Virus record (IMG/VR): IMGVR_UViG_3300042888_000268
Reading direction: 5' to 3' (one strand)
Length of the DNA: 64,000 nt
From: an uncultured virus (IMG/VR IMGVR_UViG_3300042888_000268)
Taxonomy: Duplodnaviria; Heunggongvirae; Uroviricota; Caudoviricetes
Of the stretch, positions 21,407 through 31,288 are shown piece after piece. The notes beneath the pieces are model-generated. The model was given only the letters and a program-made list of their open reading frames with translations, was not told the origin of the DNA and did no database searches. Both the position numbers and the translations under genes were made by a program. Numbering within the stretch: position 1 is the first letter of the stretch; each line of letters begins with the position of its first letter.

Positions 21407-24151
21407 TTATTTCTTCTTCTTAGAAGAAACATCATATTTATTCTTATTTTCTTTAGCCACCTGTAACTGCTTATCTGCAATTTCTTTCTGAGCAGCTAAT
21501 TTTTCACGTTCTATCTGTAACTTTTGAGAGTTATTAGCAGATTTATTAACTTCTTGCTCACGTTTAAAACTTATTTGTTCCTTATAATTATCTTGCTGCT
21601 GAATTTTAGCTAAGGCATCTTGGAAATCTGATTGTTTGTTCTCATTAAGATCCATCATAGATCCATATCCTGCTGCTCTAATCTCAGCTATAACAATATC
21701 ATTTTGACGATCTTTTTGTGCCTCATCAGCTTTAAACTGAATATCCATTTGTTTCTGACGTTCTTGAGATGCAAGTAACTCTTGCTGCATTTGCTGCTGT
21801 TGTTGCATTTCTGCCTGCTTCTGAGAGTTAGCTTTCTCTTCAGCATTCTTAAGAACACCTGTTAATTCAGCTATAGACTCAGACTTAATTACATTTCCAA
21901 GATCAAATATAGATGCTCCTGTAGTGTTATTGTTAAGAGCAATCTGACGTAGTTGTTCCATTATAGACCTCTGATTAGTCTTAGTAGTACAGAATATATT
22001 AAAGTCCCTCATTAAAAGATCTGTTCCATTTATCTGAAAATTAATCTTCTCATCATTACCTGTAATGTATTGAAGTCTTAAACTAGGTTTCTTAGAATGA
22101 TAGTATTGAGCTAAGTCAGTTCTCATTTGGTGAACTCTTGGCATTAAGTAATCACTATGCTGTATAAAATACTGCTCTGTCTGTGCATAAGAAGCATTCA
22201 TAGCTTGTTCCACACCAGTGGCAGTCTGCTGCTGAGCTATCTGTTGTCCCATACGTTCAGGATTAAGACCAATCACTTCAAAAGCTTGGTTCTTAAAATA
22301 GCCAGCTAATTGTATACGAGATAACAACCTTTGAGTCTGCTCTAAGTTTAACACTTGGTAGTGTTGGAAGTTTAAAGCATTTTCAGTGTTTGTAATAGAT
22401 GTATCCAATGGTAACATTTGGAAGTTCTTCATTGCCACATAGGCTTTAGCCAGATTATTTTTACCCCAGTCTTCTCCCATGGAGTGACGTGGCAAAGAGT
22501 TCTGGTCTAACATGATAACCGTACCTAGCTCATCAACTAAGATGTCAGCTATTTGGTTATTTACAATATTGTAACCTATCTGGAATGGTTTCATAAGATC
22601 TACCAATGAAATACTGCGGGTGTTACGATCACCAAATACAGCACCTTCCACTGGAAGCTTACAACCATATAATGTACTATCTCCTTTAAATTGGAACGGA
22701 AGCTTACCTGGCTTACCACCATTAAGACCTAAGTAAACTGGGTTAATACCTCCAGGGTTATTCATACCCCAGAAAGCAGGACGGTTAGGTCCAATCTTTA
22801 CACCACCCCAAGTCTCATTAATCCATATCCAATCAATATGTTCTCCAAAAACTAAGTTGTCCTTAGTTTTGTCTTTATACATAACTGTATTATACTGAGG
22901 CTTGTCTGTAACCTTATATTGCTCAGATATAATATCTTGTATAATTTCTCCCTCTTCTGTAATCTTAGTTAAGTGCCCCACCTTACGTTGGCTCTTCCAA
23001 TAAATTGTAGATACACGTAATAAATGAGTTTTACCAAAGTCAATAGTATCTTCTGATTCTGCTAAGATCCATTCAACTATATCTCCTGATCCAAATTTAG
23101 TATCATAAACAGACATGTATTGTCTGTAGCCTAATGACGGCATCTGAGTATTCCAATCATGTGATCTAGTAGGATCATAGTAGCTACCATCGTTCTGCAT
23201 ACCTTGGATGGCATAACCAGCTGCTCTTACAGGATAGATGGCTTCTAGAGCCTCTAATTGCTCTTCATTCATCATCCAACCATACTTGTCTATAACATCT
23301 GATACAGACATCATATCCATCTTACCTACCCAGTTACCCTGAGAGATATATCTAACGTCTGGACTCTTATGATAGAAAGTTAAAAGAGGGTTCCAAAGCT
23401 CCACCTCATAATCATCTTCATTCATCTTAAAATGCCAGAACTCTCTATCTGTAATAAGCATGTCTCTAAAAGCACGCTCTTCTAATTCTTGTAAACCAAA
23501 CTTCTCAGTGTCCACCTTCATCTGATGAGTAGCCCACTCTTCAATCATAGATCTATAATCTTTTTTAAAGAAATCTTCAATTTCAGGAAGGCTCTTTAAA
23601 TTTTCAGGAGAAAGCATTTGTTGAGCCTCTTCTGATTCAGGGTCCATACCCTGATTAATAAGGTTCATAAACATCTTTTGTTGAGCCTGTTGTAATAAAA
23701 CATCCTCAACCATCTGACGTTTAGCATCTAACATTTCATTATAAGAGATGTCATCTATAGCCCTAAACATAATTTTAGAAGTGCGTTTACTAAATTCATT
23801 AGTAAGTACATTCACTACATTAGGAATAATAGGGTAAAACTTAAGTTCTAAAGCTGATTCATCCTCTTTTGTAAGTGTCTCAATTAAATCAGCCACTTCA
23901 TTATTTTCTTCTATAATATAGTCTTGCTTATCTATAATACCTTTAGCAAGATTGTAATTCTTCATAAGTCTACGAGCATTACGTCTAAGTTGCTTCATGC
24001 CTTGAAACTCTAGCCAATCTAGGTTCCAAGCTCTCCATTCCTCATTCTTTTCTTTTTCAGATATGAATTGAATAGGTTGGGTTAACGTACCCATCTTGTT
24101 ATAGTCAGCTTTTTTACCAGCTTTGAGATCCATTGCGTTATATATCTGCAT
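21407..24151 (-). CDS. Portal protein, crAss-like
   Basis: 914 aa. FYPIIPNVVN, WIWINETWGG, SLVDLMKPFQIGYNIVNNQI, Gln-rich coiled-coil C-terminus; follows the terminase. Confidence 0.88.
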   Translation of the reverse strand: MQIYNAMDLKAGKKADYNKMGTLTQPIQFISEKEKNEEWRAWNLDWLEFQGMKQLRRNARRLMKNYNLAKGIIDKQDYIIEENNEVADLIETLTKEDESALELKFYPIIPNVVNVLTNEFSKRTSKIMFRAIDDISYNEMLDAKRQMVEDVLLQQAQQKMFMNLINQGMDPESEEAQQMLSPENLKSLPEIEDFFKKDYRSMIEEWATHQMKVDTEKFGLQELEERAFRDMLITDREFWHFKMNEDDYEVELWNPLLTFYHKSPDVRYISQGNWVGKMDMMSVSDVIDKYGWMMNEEQLEALEAIYPVRAAGYAIQGMQNDGSYYDPTRSHDWNTQMPSLGYRQYMSVYDTKFGSGDIVEWILAESEDTIDFGKTHLLRVSTIYWKSQRKVGHLTKITEEGEIIQDIISEQYKVTDKPQYNTVMYKDKTKDNLVFGEHIDWIWINETWGGVKIGPNRPAFWGMNNPGGINPVYLGLNGGKPGKLPFQFKGDSTLYGCKLPVEGAVFGDRNTRSISLVDLMKPFQIGYNIVNNQIADILVDELGTVIMLDQNSLPRHSMGEDWGKNNLAKAYVAMKNFQMLPLDTSITNTENALNFQHYQVLNLEQTQRLLSRIQLAGYFKNQAFEVIGLNPERMGQQIAQQQTATGVEQAMNASYAQTEQYFIQHSDYLMPRVHQMRTDLAQYYHSKKPSLRLQYITGNDEKINFQINGTDLLMRDFNIFCTTKTNQRSIMEQLRQIALNNNTTGASIFDLGNVIKSESIAELTGVLKNAEEKANSQKQAEMQQQQQMQQELLASQERQKQMDIQFKADEAQKDRQNDIVIAEIRAAGYGSMMDLNENKQSDFQDALAKIQQQDNYKEQISFKREQEVNKSANNSQKLQIEREKLAAQKEIADKQLQVAKENKNKYDVSSKKKK

Positions 24152-24156
24152 GATTC

Positions 24157-24447
24157 TTAATTGTTTAAGTCTAAATCAGCTGTAAAAGTGCTAGCTGATC
24201 CAGTTAGAGAAGTTGAACTAGAAGTAAATGTAATTGGATTACCATTAATGGTCCCAGATCCCACATATGGATTTGTAATAGGCACTGTCCACGGTGTTGT
24301 TGACCAACCTGGTGTTGAACTAACTGTTGATTCTACCTCTTCCTCCTTTAAAATAAGTAAAGCTTCCTCTAATGTAAGAGAGCTTTCTTTTATTAAACGA
24401 GATAGTATTGCTACTTTCTGAGCATGTAATGGCATTTCTTGTTGCAT
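24157..24447 (-). CDS. Hypothetical protein
   Basis: 96 aa, TAATG-coupled to the terminase, S/T-rich tail. Confidence 0.6.
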   Translation of the reverse strand: MQQEMPLHAQKVAILSRLIKESSLTLEEALLILKEEEVESTVSSTPGWSTTPWTVPITNPYVGSGTINGNPITFTSSSTSLTGSASTFTADLDLNN

Positions 24448-26657
24448 TATCTTATATTTTTAAAGGGATTTCTAGGGGGTTGATTACTTCCAGATCCTCT
24501 CTTAGAACCGCCCATATGTCTAAAGGGGCTCCAATTTAATTTACTAAATTTTTGGGAGTTAACCAAATTTACATTTGTAACTTCTACACGTTTAGCTAAG
24601 CCTCTGTTGGATTGTTGCACCTTTGCAAAGGCTATCAGAGCTGAAAAAGCTACAAGTCTATCCACGTTGACACCATCTTGGTAAGCTTGCATTTCTTTTA
24701 GAAGCATTGGATCAGGTATTCTTTCCACTCCATAGATAGTTTTTACTATGGTTCCATCAGCTGTAGTTTCTTGATCAAGCTCCTCTTTTAGGAATTCAAT
24801 AGCATAAGATAACACCGTTCCTTTGAATAATGTACCCACGTTCTTCCATCCATATTCTTGGAAAACGTTTCTATTAGCTCCAATGTCTTTTAAAAACAAG
24901 ATCATGTCTTTAGGAACTAGATATTTCTGTTTCTTCTTACTAATCATGTATTGTATGAACAAAGCTACGTTATTCTCCACAACTGTCCAGGCATTATACC
25001 ATTCTATAAGTAATTCTAGACGCTCATGAGTTTTATTAATATCATCAAAACGTCCACACCATGATGCTACTATCTTATCTCTCTCTATTGTGTTACTCAC
25101 CTTACCATTCCCATCATCCTTAATTATTTCTATAGGATTCTTGTAAATGTAAATGGCACATAGTGAGTCTGATGTAGTTGTCTTACCCTCACCCACGGGA
25201 TCTACTGACCCATAGTACATACCAAAGCTTGGATCTTTGTGAGGTCTTTCATAAATACATATCACGCCTTCTTTATCTTCTGTCTTCTTAGATATAGGCC
25301 ATTCTGTAATTGGAATCTTTCTAGATGGTTTATCTATAATCTTTCCTTCTGCATTACGAGATAGTTCAAGATATTCTGTAGGATATTGTTTATCCTGAAT
25401 ACGTTGCATCTGTTTAGCAATCAAATGTGGGGCAAATATAGAAAGCTTTCTTGTAGCAAATGCTTCTTCAATAGTTCTAGGGTGCTGAGATACTTCAAGT
25501 TGATAAGCTGCCGGTTCAAGATCTTTTTTAAGTTTTACAAACTCTTCTTCAAGAGCAGCCAAGGCTTCTTCTACAAGAGAGTTACCATACTGATCTATAT
25601 AAGGCGGCATAGACCACTGCTCAGGAATAAATAATCCTGTTATTCCAATAGTGCCAGTTTTATCTATAAGATTAGACTTTACGCCATAGAATCCATTCTC
25701 CTCAGGTTTATCTATATAAAGTTTTAAAGGTTCACATTGATCAAGATCACCCACTGATCCTGCAGCAATAAACTGACCTGTGATCATATGACCAGACTTA
25801 AGTGCTGGTTTCATATATCCATAAGTGTCATTCATACTTGGAGCAATGCCGGCCTCCTCATGAAAGAAATAAGTTACAGGTCCACCGACACCATTAGTTG
25901 GGTTCTTTTCAAATGAGTAAGAGTTAATACTAGACTTTAATCCTCTATATGTATCTCTACCTGCAACTCTCACCTTGATCTGTTGGTTCCATGCTCCCAC
26001 CTTATCTGGTTCAGCCGGTCTATACCAAGCAGTGTGTTGATTAATAAAGTTTTTATATTCTTCTAAAAACTTCCAAGAACCTTTCTCGTTAATATAATCT
26101 TTAAGACTAGCACCTATCTTTAATACAGCTCCAGACTCAAATACCCATTGGTTAATAAGTTTAGCCATATGAAAATATGAAGAAGCTATCTGACGTTTCT
26201 TTAGAATGATTGCATGCTTCCAATGTAGCTCAGCTAAATGTTCATATAGAGCCATGTGATATTGTGCATCTCTCACCTTTGCAAAGTCAAAACGTTTTTC
26301 TTCCTTATCATAAATAGGTAGAAAGTTTAACCACATGTAATAGTCTCTAGAAATAAACCAAGTAATTTGTCCACTATGTACTATAATACCTTTACGGCAT
26401 TTATTCTTCTGATCATCCCAGTATTTAATAAAATCTTTAGTCTTAACAGGAGCTGCACAATAGTATCCCTGTTTTTGAAACTTACGTCCTTCAGCATTAA
26501 ATATTGTACTCACCTCATCAAACTGATATTGACCAGGTTCTTTAAATAAAGGAATAAGAAAGTCTCGGAATTCCTCACGTGAATAAAATACGGTGGTATC
26601 CCAAGATCCATCCTTATAGGTTGGTATTTCTAAGTATATATTATCTAATTTCTCCAC
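24447..26657 (-). CDS. terL: Terminase large subunit
   Basis: 736 aa. Walker A-like LKKRQIASS, Walker B FFHEEAG, nuclease GSVDP, VVENN, NVDRLVA. Confidence 0.92.
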   Translation of the reverse strand: MEKLDNIYLEIPTYKDGSWDTTVFYSREEFRDFLIPLFKEPGQYQFDEVSTIFNAEGRKFQKQGYYCAAPVKTKDFIKYWDDQKNKCRKGIIVHSGQITWFISRDYYMWLNFLPIYDKEEKRFDFAKVRDAQYHMALYEHLAELHWKHAIILKKRQIASSYFHMAKLINQWVFESGAVLKIGASLKDYINEKGSWKFLEEYKNFINQHTAWYRPAEPDKVGAWNQQIKVRVAGRDTYRGLKSSINSYSFEKNPTNGVGGPVTYFFHEEAGIAPSMNDTYGYMKPALKSGHMITGQFIAAGSVGDLDQCEPLKLYIDKPEENGFYGVKSNLIDKTGTIGITGLFIPEQWSMPPYIDQYGNSLVEEALAALEEEFVKLKKDLEPAAYQLEVSQHPRTIEEAFATRKLSIFAPHLIAKQMQRIQDKQYPTEYLELSRNAEGKIIDKPSRKIPITEWPISKKTEDKEGVICIYERPHKDPSFGMYYGSVDPVGEGKTTTSDSLCAIYIYKNPIEIIKDDGNGKVSNTIERDKIVASWCGRFDDINKTHERLELLIEWYNAWTVVENNVALFIQYMISKKKQKYLVPKDMILFLKDIGANRNVFQEYGWKNVGTLFKGTVLSYAIEFLKEELDQETTADGTIVKTIYGVERIPDPMLLKEMQAYQDGVNVDRLVAFSALIAFAKVQQSNRGLAKRVEVTNVNLVNSQKFSKLNWSPFRHMGGSKRGSGSNQPPRNPFKNIR

Positions 26658-26925
26658 GTGTAAGATCTTCTATCATTCCTACATCACCTTTTGTACGGTG
26701 AAGCATATCTAATAGGGTGTTTAAATGCTTGCTTTTTAATACAGCATGATGTTGGCTATTACTCCAATACTCATTATAAACGTTTCTTGGAATAGCATTC
26801 CATAAGTTATTATATGGATTATAATGAAATACCCAATCAGACATATAACTTGATTCTGGTATTAAGTCTTCACCAATAGCGGCAAACTCTTTAATTTCTA
26901 GGTCTGTGTACACTTCTGTTTTCAT
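26641..26925 (-). CDS. Hypothetical protein
   Basis: 94 aa overlapping the terL start. Confidence 0.65.
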   Translation of the reverse strand: MKTEVYTDLEIKEFAAIGEDLIPESSYMSDWVFHYNPYNNLWNAIPRNVYNEYWSNSQHHAVLKSKHLNTLLDMLHRTKGDVGMIEDLTRGEIR

Positions 26926-26928
26926 AAG

Positions 26929-27063
26929 TTATTTGTTTTGGTTATGTAAATTAATCCATATAATACAAGCTATTAAATAATTCATTGGTGTTTTATATCC
27001 TTCATATTTTTTACCATTAACAATAAATGTTACTGATTTTGGATACCATACTAACTCATTCAT
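26929..27063 (-). CDS. Small hypothetical protein (44 aa)
   Basis: Read manually: MNELVWYPKSVTFIVNGKKYEG...; same AAACAAATAACCT-ATG leader as its neighbours. Confidence 0.5.
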   Translation of the reverse strand: MNELVWYPKSVTFIVNGKKYEGYKTPMNYLIACIIWINLHNQNK

Positions 27064-27074
27064 AGGTTATTTGT

Positions 27075-27203
27075 TTAGTCCATCCATTTACCGTGCGTTC
27101 TTAGATGCCAGAATCTATGCTTTAACACCTCAATAGTTAGAGCAAAAAATGTGTCAGCTTCATACGTACCTGCTTTACAGGTTAATTTAAACTTTGGTTT
27201 CAT
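27075..27203 (-). CDS. Small hypothetical protein (42 aa)
   Basis: Read manually: MKPKFKLTCKAGTYEADTFFALTIEVLKHRFWHLRTHGKWMD. Confidence 0.55.
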   Translation of the reverse strand: MKPKFKLTCKAGTYEADTFFALTIEVLKHRFWHLRTHGKWMD

Positions 27204-27219
27204 AGGTTATTTATTTTAG

Positions 27220-27328
27220 CTGTAGGGGAAGGATTTGAACCTCCATGTTGGCTAACGGTCATGAAGCCGGTATTAACGCCAACACATCCGAGACAAGGAT
27301 GCGTGTCTGCCAGTTTCACCACCCTACA
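27220..27328 (-). tRNA. Atypical tRNA-like RNA, GUC (Asp) anticodon, ~40-nt variable arm
   Basis: Acceptor TGTAGGG/CCCTACA plus G discriminator; D arm GTG-AAACTGGCAGA-CAC; anticodon arm CATCC-TTGTCTC-GGATG; T arm GGAGG-TTCAAAT-CCTTC. CCA not encoded. Confidence 0.8.
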
Positions 27329-27954
27329 ATAACATCTTTTACAATCCATTTATCTCCTGCATACATTAGTAAGTCATCATATGTTTTAAATTGCTTACCT
27401 AAATGTACACCAAAAAATCCAGTTTTAGTTCCTCTTCTTTTTAACTCATCATCATAGATTAAACTATCACAAGTAAAGTCTGGATGATTTAATAAGCTAG
27501 GAGGAAACAGTCCTAATACATGATATTTTAATTCAGAACTTTCACTCTGAGTAATTAATATTTCAGGATAGGGGCTATTCTTAAATATAATAAAAGGATT
27601 AGATGGTCTATTAGTCTTTACACCATATTTAAGTCCTATTGGTTCTAGATCAGGAACATTCTTAGAATAAGAAAACATAGGGTCTAAGTCTGAGAACTTC
27701 ATTCCTAAAAAGTTTTCTAAAGCTGCCTCTCCTAGATATCCTCTAGTAGATCTAGACTTAATCTGATTAGAATCTGCTGTATAATGAAGACCTACATCAT
27801 CTAACTTATTATCAGACCATTTTACACCAAAGTTTTTTATAAGACTATACTGCTCTTGAGATATAGTTATTTCTAAACTATTCTCTAGAGCTTTCTGCAT
27901 ATTCTTCTTATACTCTTTCTCTGGGTTTATATATCTTACACTACTACTGATCAT
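27316..27954 (-). CDS. Hypothetical protein, possible PD-(D/E)XK-like nuclease
   Basis: 212 aa. GYLGEAA..PDL..YGVKT is loosely restriction-endonuclease-like; the 3' end overlaps the tRNA-like gene. Confidence 0.45.
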   Translation of the reverse strand: MISSSVRYINPEKEYKKNMQKALENSLEITISQEQYSLIKNFGVKWSDNKLDDVGLHYTADSNQIKSRSTRGYLGEAALENFLGMKFSDLDPMFSYSKNVPDLEPIGLKYGVKTNRPSNPFIIFKNSPYPEILITQSESSELKYHVLGLFPPSLLNHPDFTCDSLIYDDELKRRGTKTGFFGVHLGKQFKTYDDLLMYAGDKWIVKDVIVGW

Positions 27955-28456
27955 ATGCTAAGTCTTGTCCTCCTCTTACAGAAGACTGTTGTTCATCCAT
28001 TAAGTCTTTATAGATTCCTTTATAAGATTGTCTTACAGAATCAAACTTCTCAGCTATTCTTAAAATACCTACAGCTGACCCGTCTCTACCAAATGTAGGA
28101 GTTTCTGTAGCCAGCACCTTTCCTAAATTATCCAAAGCTGTTTTGATTCCATAATAAGCTCTTGATGTTTCTGTCTCATACATTTGCTTACATCTTTGTA
28201 ATGCAAACACTATAGCATCTTCTTCTGTAGAAAAGTCTCCCCCCACTTCTTCTAATATCACTTCTTCTTTCTCACTCTCTGGAAAATGGAAAAAAGGATT
28301 TAGATCTGGATTAGGACAGGTCATATAAAACAAATACGTATATATGTTTAAATATTCTAAAGGGTATTCTGTCATAATATTCTTAAGAAACTTAAGAGTG
28401 TAGCAATGCTCACTAGGTGTAACATTTCCATTCTGTATATCAAATAATCTTACCAT
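27944..28456 (-). CDS. Conserved crAss-like hypothetical protein
   Basis: Likely start MVRLFDIQNG (TAATG coupling at 28456); ends VRGGQDLAYDQ. Confidence 0.6.
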   Translation of the reverse strand: MVRLFDIQNGNVTPSEHCYTLKFLKNIMTEYPLEYLNIYTYLFYMTCPNPDLNPFFHFPESEKEEVILEEVGGDFSTEEDAIVFALQRCKQMYETETSRAYYGIKTALDNLGKVLATETPTFGRDGSAVGILRIAEKFDSVRQSYKGIYKDLMDEQQSSVRGGQDLAYDQ

Positions 28457-28971
28457 TAGTTCCAATGTTTATTTTCCCTTTCAAAATAAAAGGTGAGGTC
28501 TTGCTTAGTGTTGTCATAGTATTCTGCTACAACATCACTTTGAAATCTACTTCCTATATTTTCATATAGAGAAGCTGTAATAATGTTACCAGTCACCTTA
28601 TTTCTAAATAACTTAGTAAGCCATGTATAGTTACCTCCACGAATAACTCCTCCCTCTACTAATAGATAATATTCATAATTGTCTTCTGAAAACTTAAACC
28701 AATTATCTATATCTTGGTCTGCTTTCCTTACATAGATGTGCTCATTTTCATCAGGATATGGAACATGTATAGGAAGTATATCACACATGTCTCCATCCTT
28801 ACTTAGATTATGAGCTAGATGCATAGCTACAGTGGCTGAATAGTCAGGGCTCACCATAACTAAAAGAGTGTTATCAGCTGATACATCTGGATATTTTTCA
28901 ATGAGCTTATTGGTGAGTGTAACAATAAGCTTTTTTTCTTTAGAAGGAGAAACAATTAATTCTTTCCTCAT
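28456..28971 (-). CDS. Phosphoribosyltransferase-fold-like protein
   Basis: YLLVEGGVIRGGNY resembles the PRPP-binding loop, followed by ITASLY..SDVVA..FYFE as in type I PRTases. Confidence 0.45.
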   Translation of the reverse strand: MRKELIVSPSKEKKLIVTLTNKLIEKYPDVSADNTLLVMVSPDYSATVAMHLAHNLSKDGDMCDILPIHVPYPDENEHIYVRKADQDIDNWFKFSEDNYEYYLLVEGGVIRGGNYTWLTKLFRNKVTGNIITASLYENIGSRFQSDVVAEYYDNTKQDLTFYFERENKHWN

Positions 28972-29810
28972 TAATACTTAGGTTTTAGTTTAGATCTATT
29001 ATCTTCTAGCCAATGTATAAGAGCAATAGCTTCTGCTTTTAAATACGGTACATCATAAGGAACAACATCTTTTACAATAGGATCACCATTAGAGTCTAAA
29101 GCTGTAATTGGATTATCATACTTATCTCTACCTGATTCTTCAAATAGAATATGATGAAGAGTTAGTGTTCCTGGTTTTAGTTTAGGATTGTGTTTAAGAA
29201 TAATAAACATGTACATAGATAGTTGTAATGCATAGTGCATAAAATTACAATCATCTAGATGTGATAAAGGAGTTGACATCTTTTGACTTATACCCTCCCA
29301 ACTAGTAAAGCTTTCTGTCTTAATTTCTTTATTAGTCTTGTAATCTGTAATGTGCACCTCCCCATTAATCACCTCAACAATGTCTGACTGACCACAGATG
29401 CCGGCAGATCTAAGATAGACTAAATGTTCTGGGTATATACCATCTGTAAGTTTCTGAGCTGGAGAATATTTACAACCATCTTTCTCTATAGGTTTAAATA
29501 CAGGAACAGTGACACCATGTCGTTCCATGTCATTAAGTTCACAAAGGTCTGCTTCTCTACAGTTATGATACCATGTACCTAATGTTGTAGCACGAAGAGC
29601 TTCTGCTTTCCAAGCTGCCTTAATATCTTCAGGAGTCATACCATACCACTTAGACTTTTTAGACTTAGCAGTTTTTGCAGCAATGACATCTGCATCAAAG
29701 GGCTTCTTAAAGTTTCCTATAAAACTAGTAACAGATAACCAATCGGTTTGGTCTGTTACATCTATGCTTCTATATTTATGATCTTCTGGTGTAAATATTA
29801 ATATGCTCAT
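28971..29810 (-). CDS. PD-(D/E)XK exonuclease
   Basis: SVTS, GTWYH, PEHLVY..GICGQSD..ITDYKT..YALQLSMY. Confidence 0.85.
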   Translation of the reverse strand: MSILIFTPEDHKYRSIDVTDQTDWLSVTSFIGNFKKPFDADVIAAKTAKSKKSKWYGMTPEDIKAAWKAEALRATTLGTWYHNCREADLCELNDMERHGVTVPVFKPIEKDGCKYSPAQKLTDGIYPEHLVYLRSAGICGQSDIVEVINGEVHITDYKTNKEIKTESFTSWEGISQKMSTPLSHLDDCNFMHYALQLSMYMFIILKHNPKLKPGTLTLHHILFEESGRDKYDNPITALDSNGDPIVKDVVPYDVPYLKAEAIALIHWLEDNRSKLKPKY

Positions 29811-30136
29811 AGTCCTAATTTTTGGTTGATTAAATCTTCTTCTTCTTGAGTCACCTCAGCATTCCAATGTCCCTTTGGACATTCTGAAGACAAAGATCTA
29901 GTCTTAAAACCTAGGGAACATCCGCAACCTCCTAGCTTTTCATTGCAACATGGGGCCGTACCTCCCACCATACATCCTATCCCTTGCACATCGTAAAGTG
30001 CACATTTCTCACATATCTGCATTCTCTGTTGTGCAATCTCTTCTACATCATCTTTTTTAAATATGGAATTAGTTACCCCCTCAAGAATCTGACCCTTGGA
30101 TTTCCATATCTTTATTATGTTCTCTCTTAGACTCAT
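29807..30136 (-). CDS. Cys-rich Zn-binding protein
   Basis: RMQICEKC..C..CC..GCGC..KTRSLSSECPKGHW. Confidence 0.7.
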   Translation of the reverse strand: MSLRENIIKIWKSKGQILEGVTNSIFKKDDVEEIAQQRMQICEKCALYDVQGIGCMVGGTAPCCNEKLGGCGCSLGFKTRSLSSECPKGHWNAEVTQEEEDLINQKLGL

Positions 30137-30500
30137 TTGTCTGTAATTTATGTAGTTTAATAAAATCTTTTCTCTCGTTCTCTTGTTCTATTAACTTATT
30201 CATAGCCTTAAGATCAAATAAACTTTCATCTGTTCTAAACCTTGTAACTATTTCCTGTAATCCTTTTTGTTTAAAGTTTTCTTTAAACTTCTCTAGCATT
30301 TCAATCTTATCATCTAGCTTCCAATGTTTTATTGTAAAGTCTCCTAGATTGGTCAAATGCACCCTACTATGTTTTAATCCAGAAAGACTCTTTCTTATTT
30401 CTTGCCAATAGAAATCAGTGACATCTTTTACCAATTGCTCTGGTATGTCTAATTCAACTGCCACCTTAGGAATAAGTTCCTTAGCTTTCTTGGGTCTCAA
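30081..30500 (-). CDS. IHF/HU-like DNA-binding protein
   Basis: KELIPKVAVELDIP..VKDV..RVHLTNLGDFTI matches the HU/IHF N-terminal pattern. Confidence 0.65.
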   Translation of the reverse strand: MRPKKAKELIPKVAVELDIPEQLVKDVTDFYWQEIRKSLSGLKHSRVHLTNLGDFTIKHWKLDDKIEMLEKFKENFKQKGLQEIVTRFRTDESLFDLKAMNKLIEQENERKDFIKLHKLQTNESKREHNKDMEIQGSDS

Positions 30501-30852
30501 TTGATAAGAATTTAAAATCTAATAATACGTTCCCTTTACTGTGTACATTTATAATAGGATTGATGTTAATCTTCTTTTTATTTTTTCCTTCTTTTACAAT
30601 AAGGTTTTTCTTCTCAGCTTTAGTTAGACAGTTTCTAACCGACTGTTGAGAGGAGAATATATTCTTACCATGAGCTTTTGTACAAAAACTAGTTAGTTCT
30701 TGTTCTCCCTCAATTGCTAAATAGGTTAGACAATCTAAATCTGCCTCACTCACTTGTATGTTATAGAGATAACAGTGCGTAAGAATCTGATACTTGACAA
30801 TTTGCCAAGTGGTCATTCTCACTCTTTTATCTACTTGGTTTACTATTGCCAT
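30481..30852 (-). CDS. Putative winged-HTH DNA-binding protein
   Basis: 123 aa, SQQSVRNCLTKAEKKNLIVK. Confidence 0.5.
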   Translation of the reverse strand: MAIVNQVDKRVRMTTWQIVKYQILTHCYLYNIQVSEADLDCLTYLAIEGEQELTSFCTKAHGKNIFSSQQSVRNCLTKAEKKNLIVKEGKNKKKININPIINVHSKGNVLLDFKFLSIETQES

Positions 30853-31283
30853 TATAATTCTATTTTAAAACTTATGTATTCTTCTCCGGTTTTGCTCCAG
30901 TTTTGATACGTTAAGATTTCTTCTGCTCCAAATGTTTGGAATACTTTCCATGATGCTCCCTTCCTAGCTTCTCCTATAAAATACTTAAATCCAGAATCTG
31001 TAGCCCAATCTAATGCTTCTTTAACTAATTCGTGTCCTAGTCCTTGTCCTCTATGGGAAGGCATAACAGTGAATGAGTCTCCTCTCACTACATTATTACT
31101 AGTCCATGACATTATGATTTCTGCTACAAGATCGGTCTTATCCTTAAACCATATACCCTGAATCCCATCCCCTTGAGATAAGAGATATGTCTTATACCTC
31201 TCATCCCATTGGATGGGCTTAGGATGTTCCTTTTCAAACTTGTAAGCTAGCTTATAGTCTCGTAGTTTATAAAGGGTGGTCAT
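30852..31283 (-). CDS. GNAT-family acetyltransferase
   Basis: Acetyl-CoA motif A: TVMPSHRGQGLGHELV. Confidence 0.8.
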   Translation of the reverse strand: MTTLYKLRDYKLAYKFEKEHPKPIQWDERYKTYLLSQGDGIQGIWFKDKTDLVAEIIMSWTSNNVVRGDSFTVMPSHRGQGLGHELVKEALDWATDSGFKYFIGEARKGASWKVFQTFGAEEILTYQNWSKTGEEYISFKIEL

Positions 31284-31288
31284 AGGGA

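Noticed and set aside
24447..26657. Intron or intein in the terminase
   Set aside because: Continuous ORF of expected size with no intein or homing-endonuclease motifs.
3153..27457. Plus-strand ORFs at 3153, 5132, 9842, 10885, 12011, 16128, 18075, 24161, 24823, 25386, 26367 and 27245
   Set aside because: Antisense shadows of well-supported minus-strand genes or of the tRNA-like gene.
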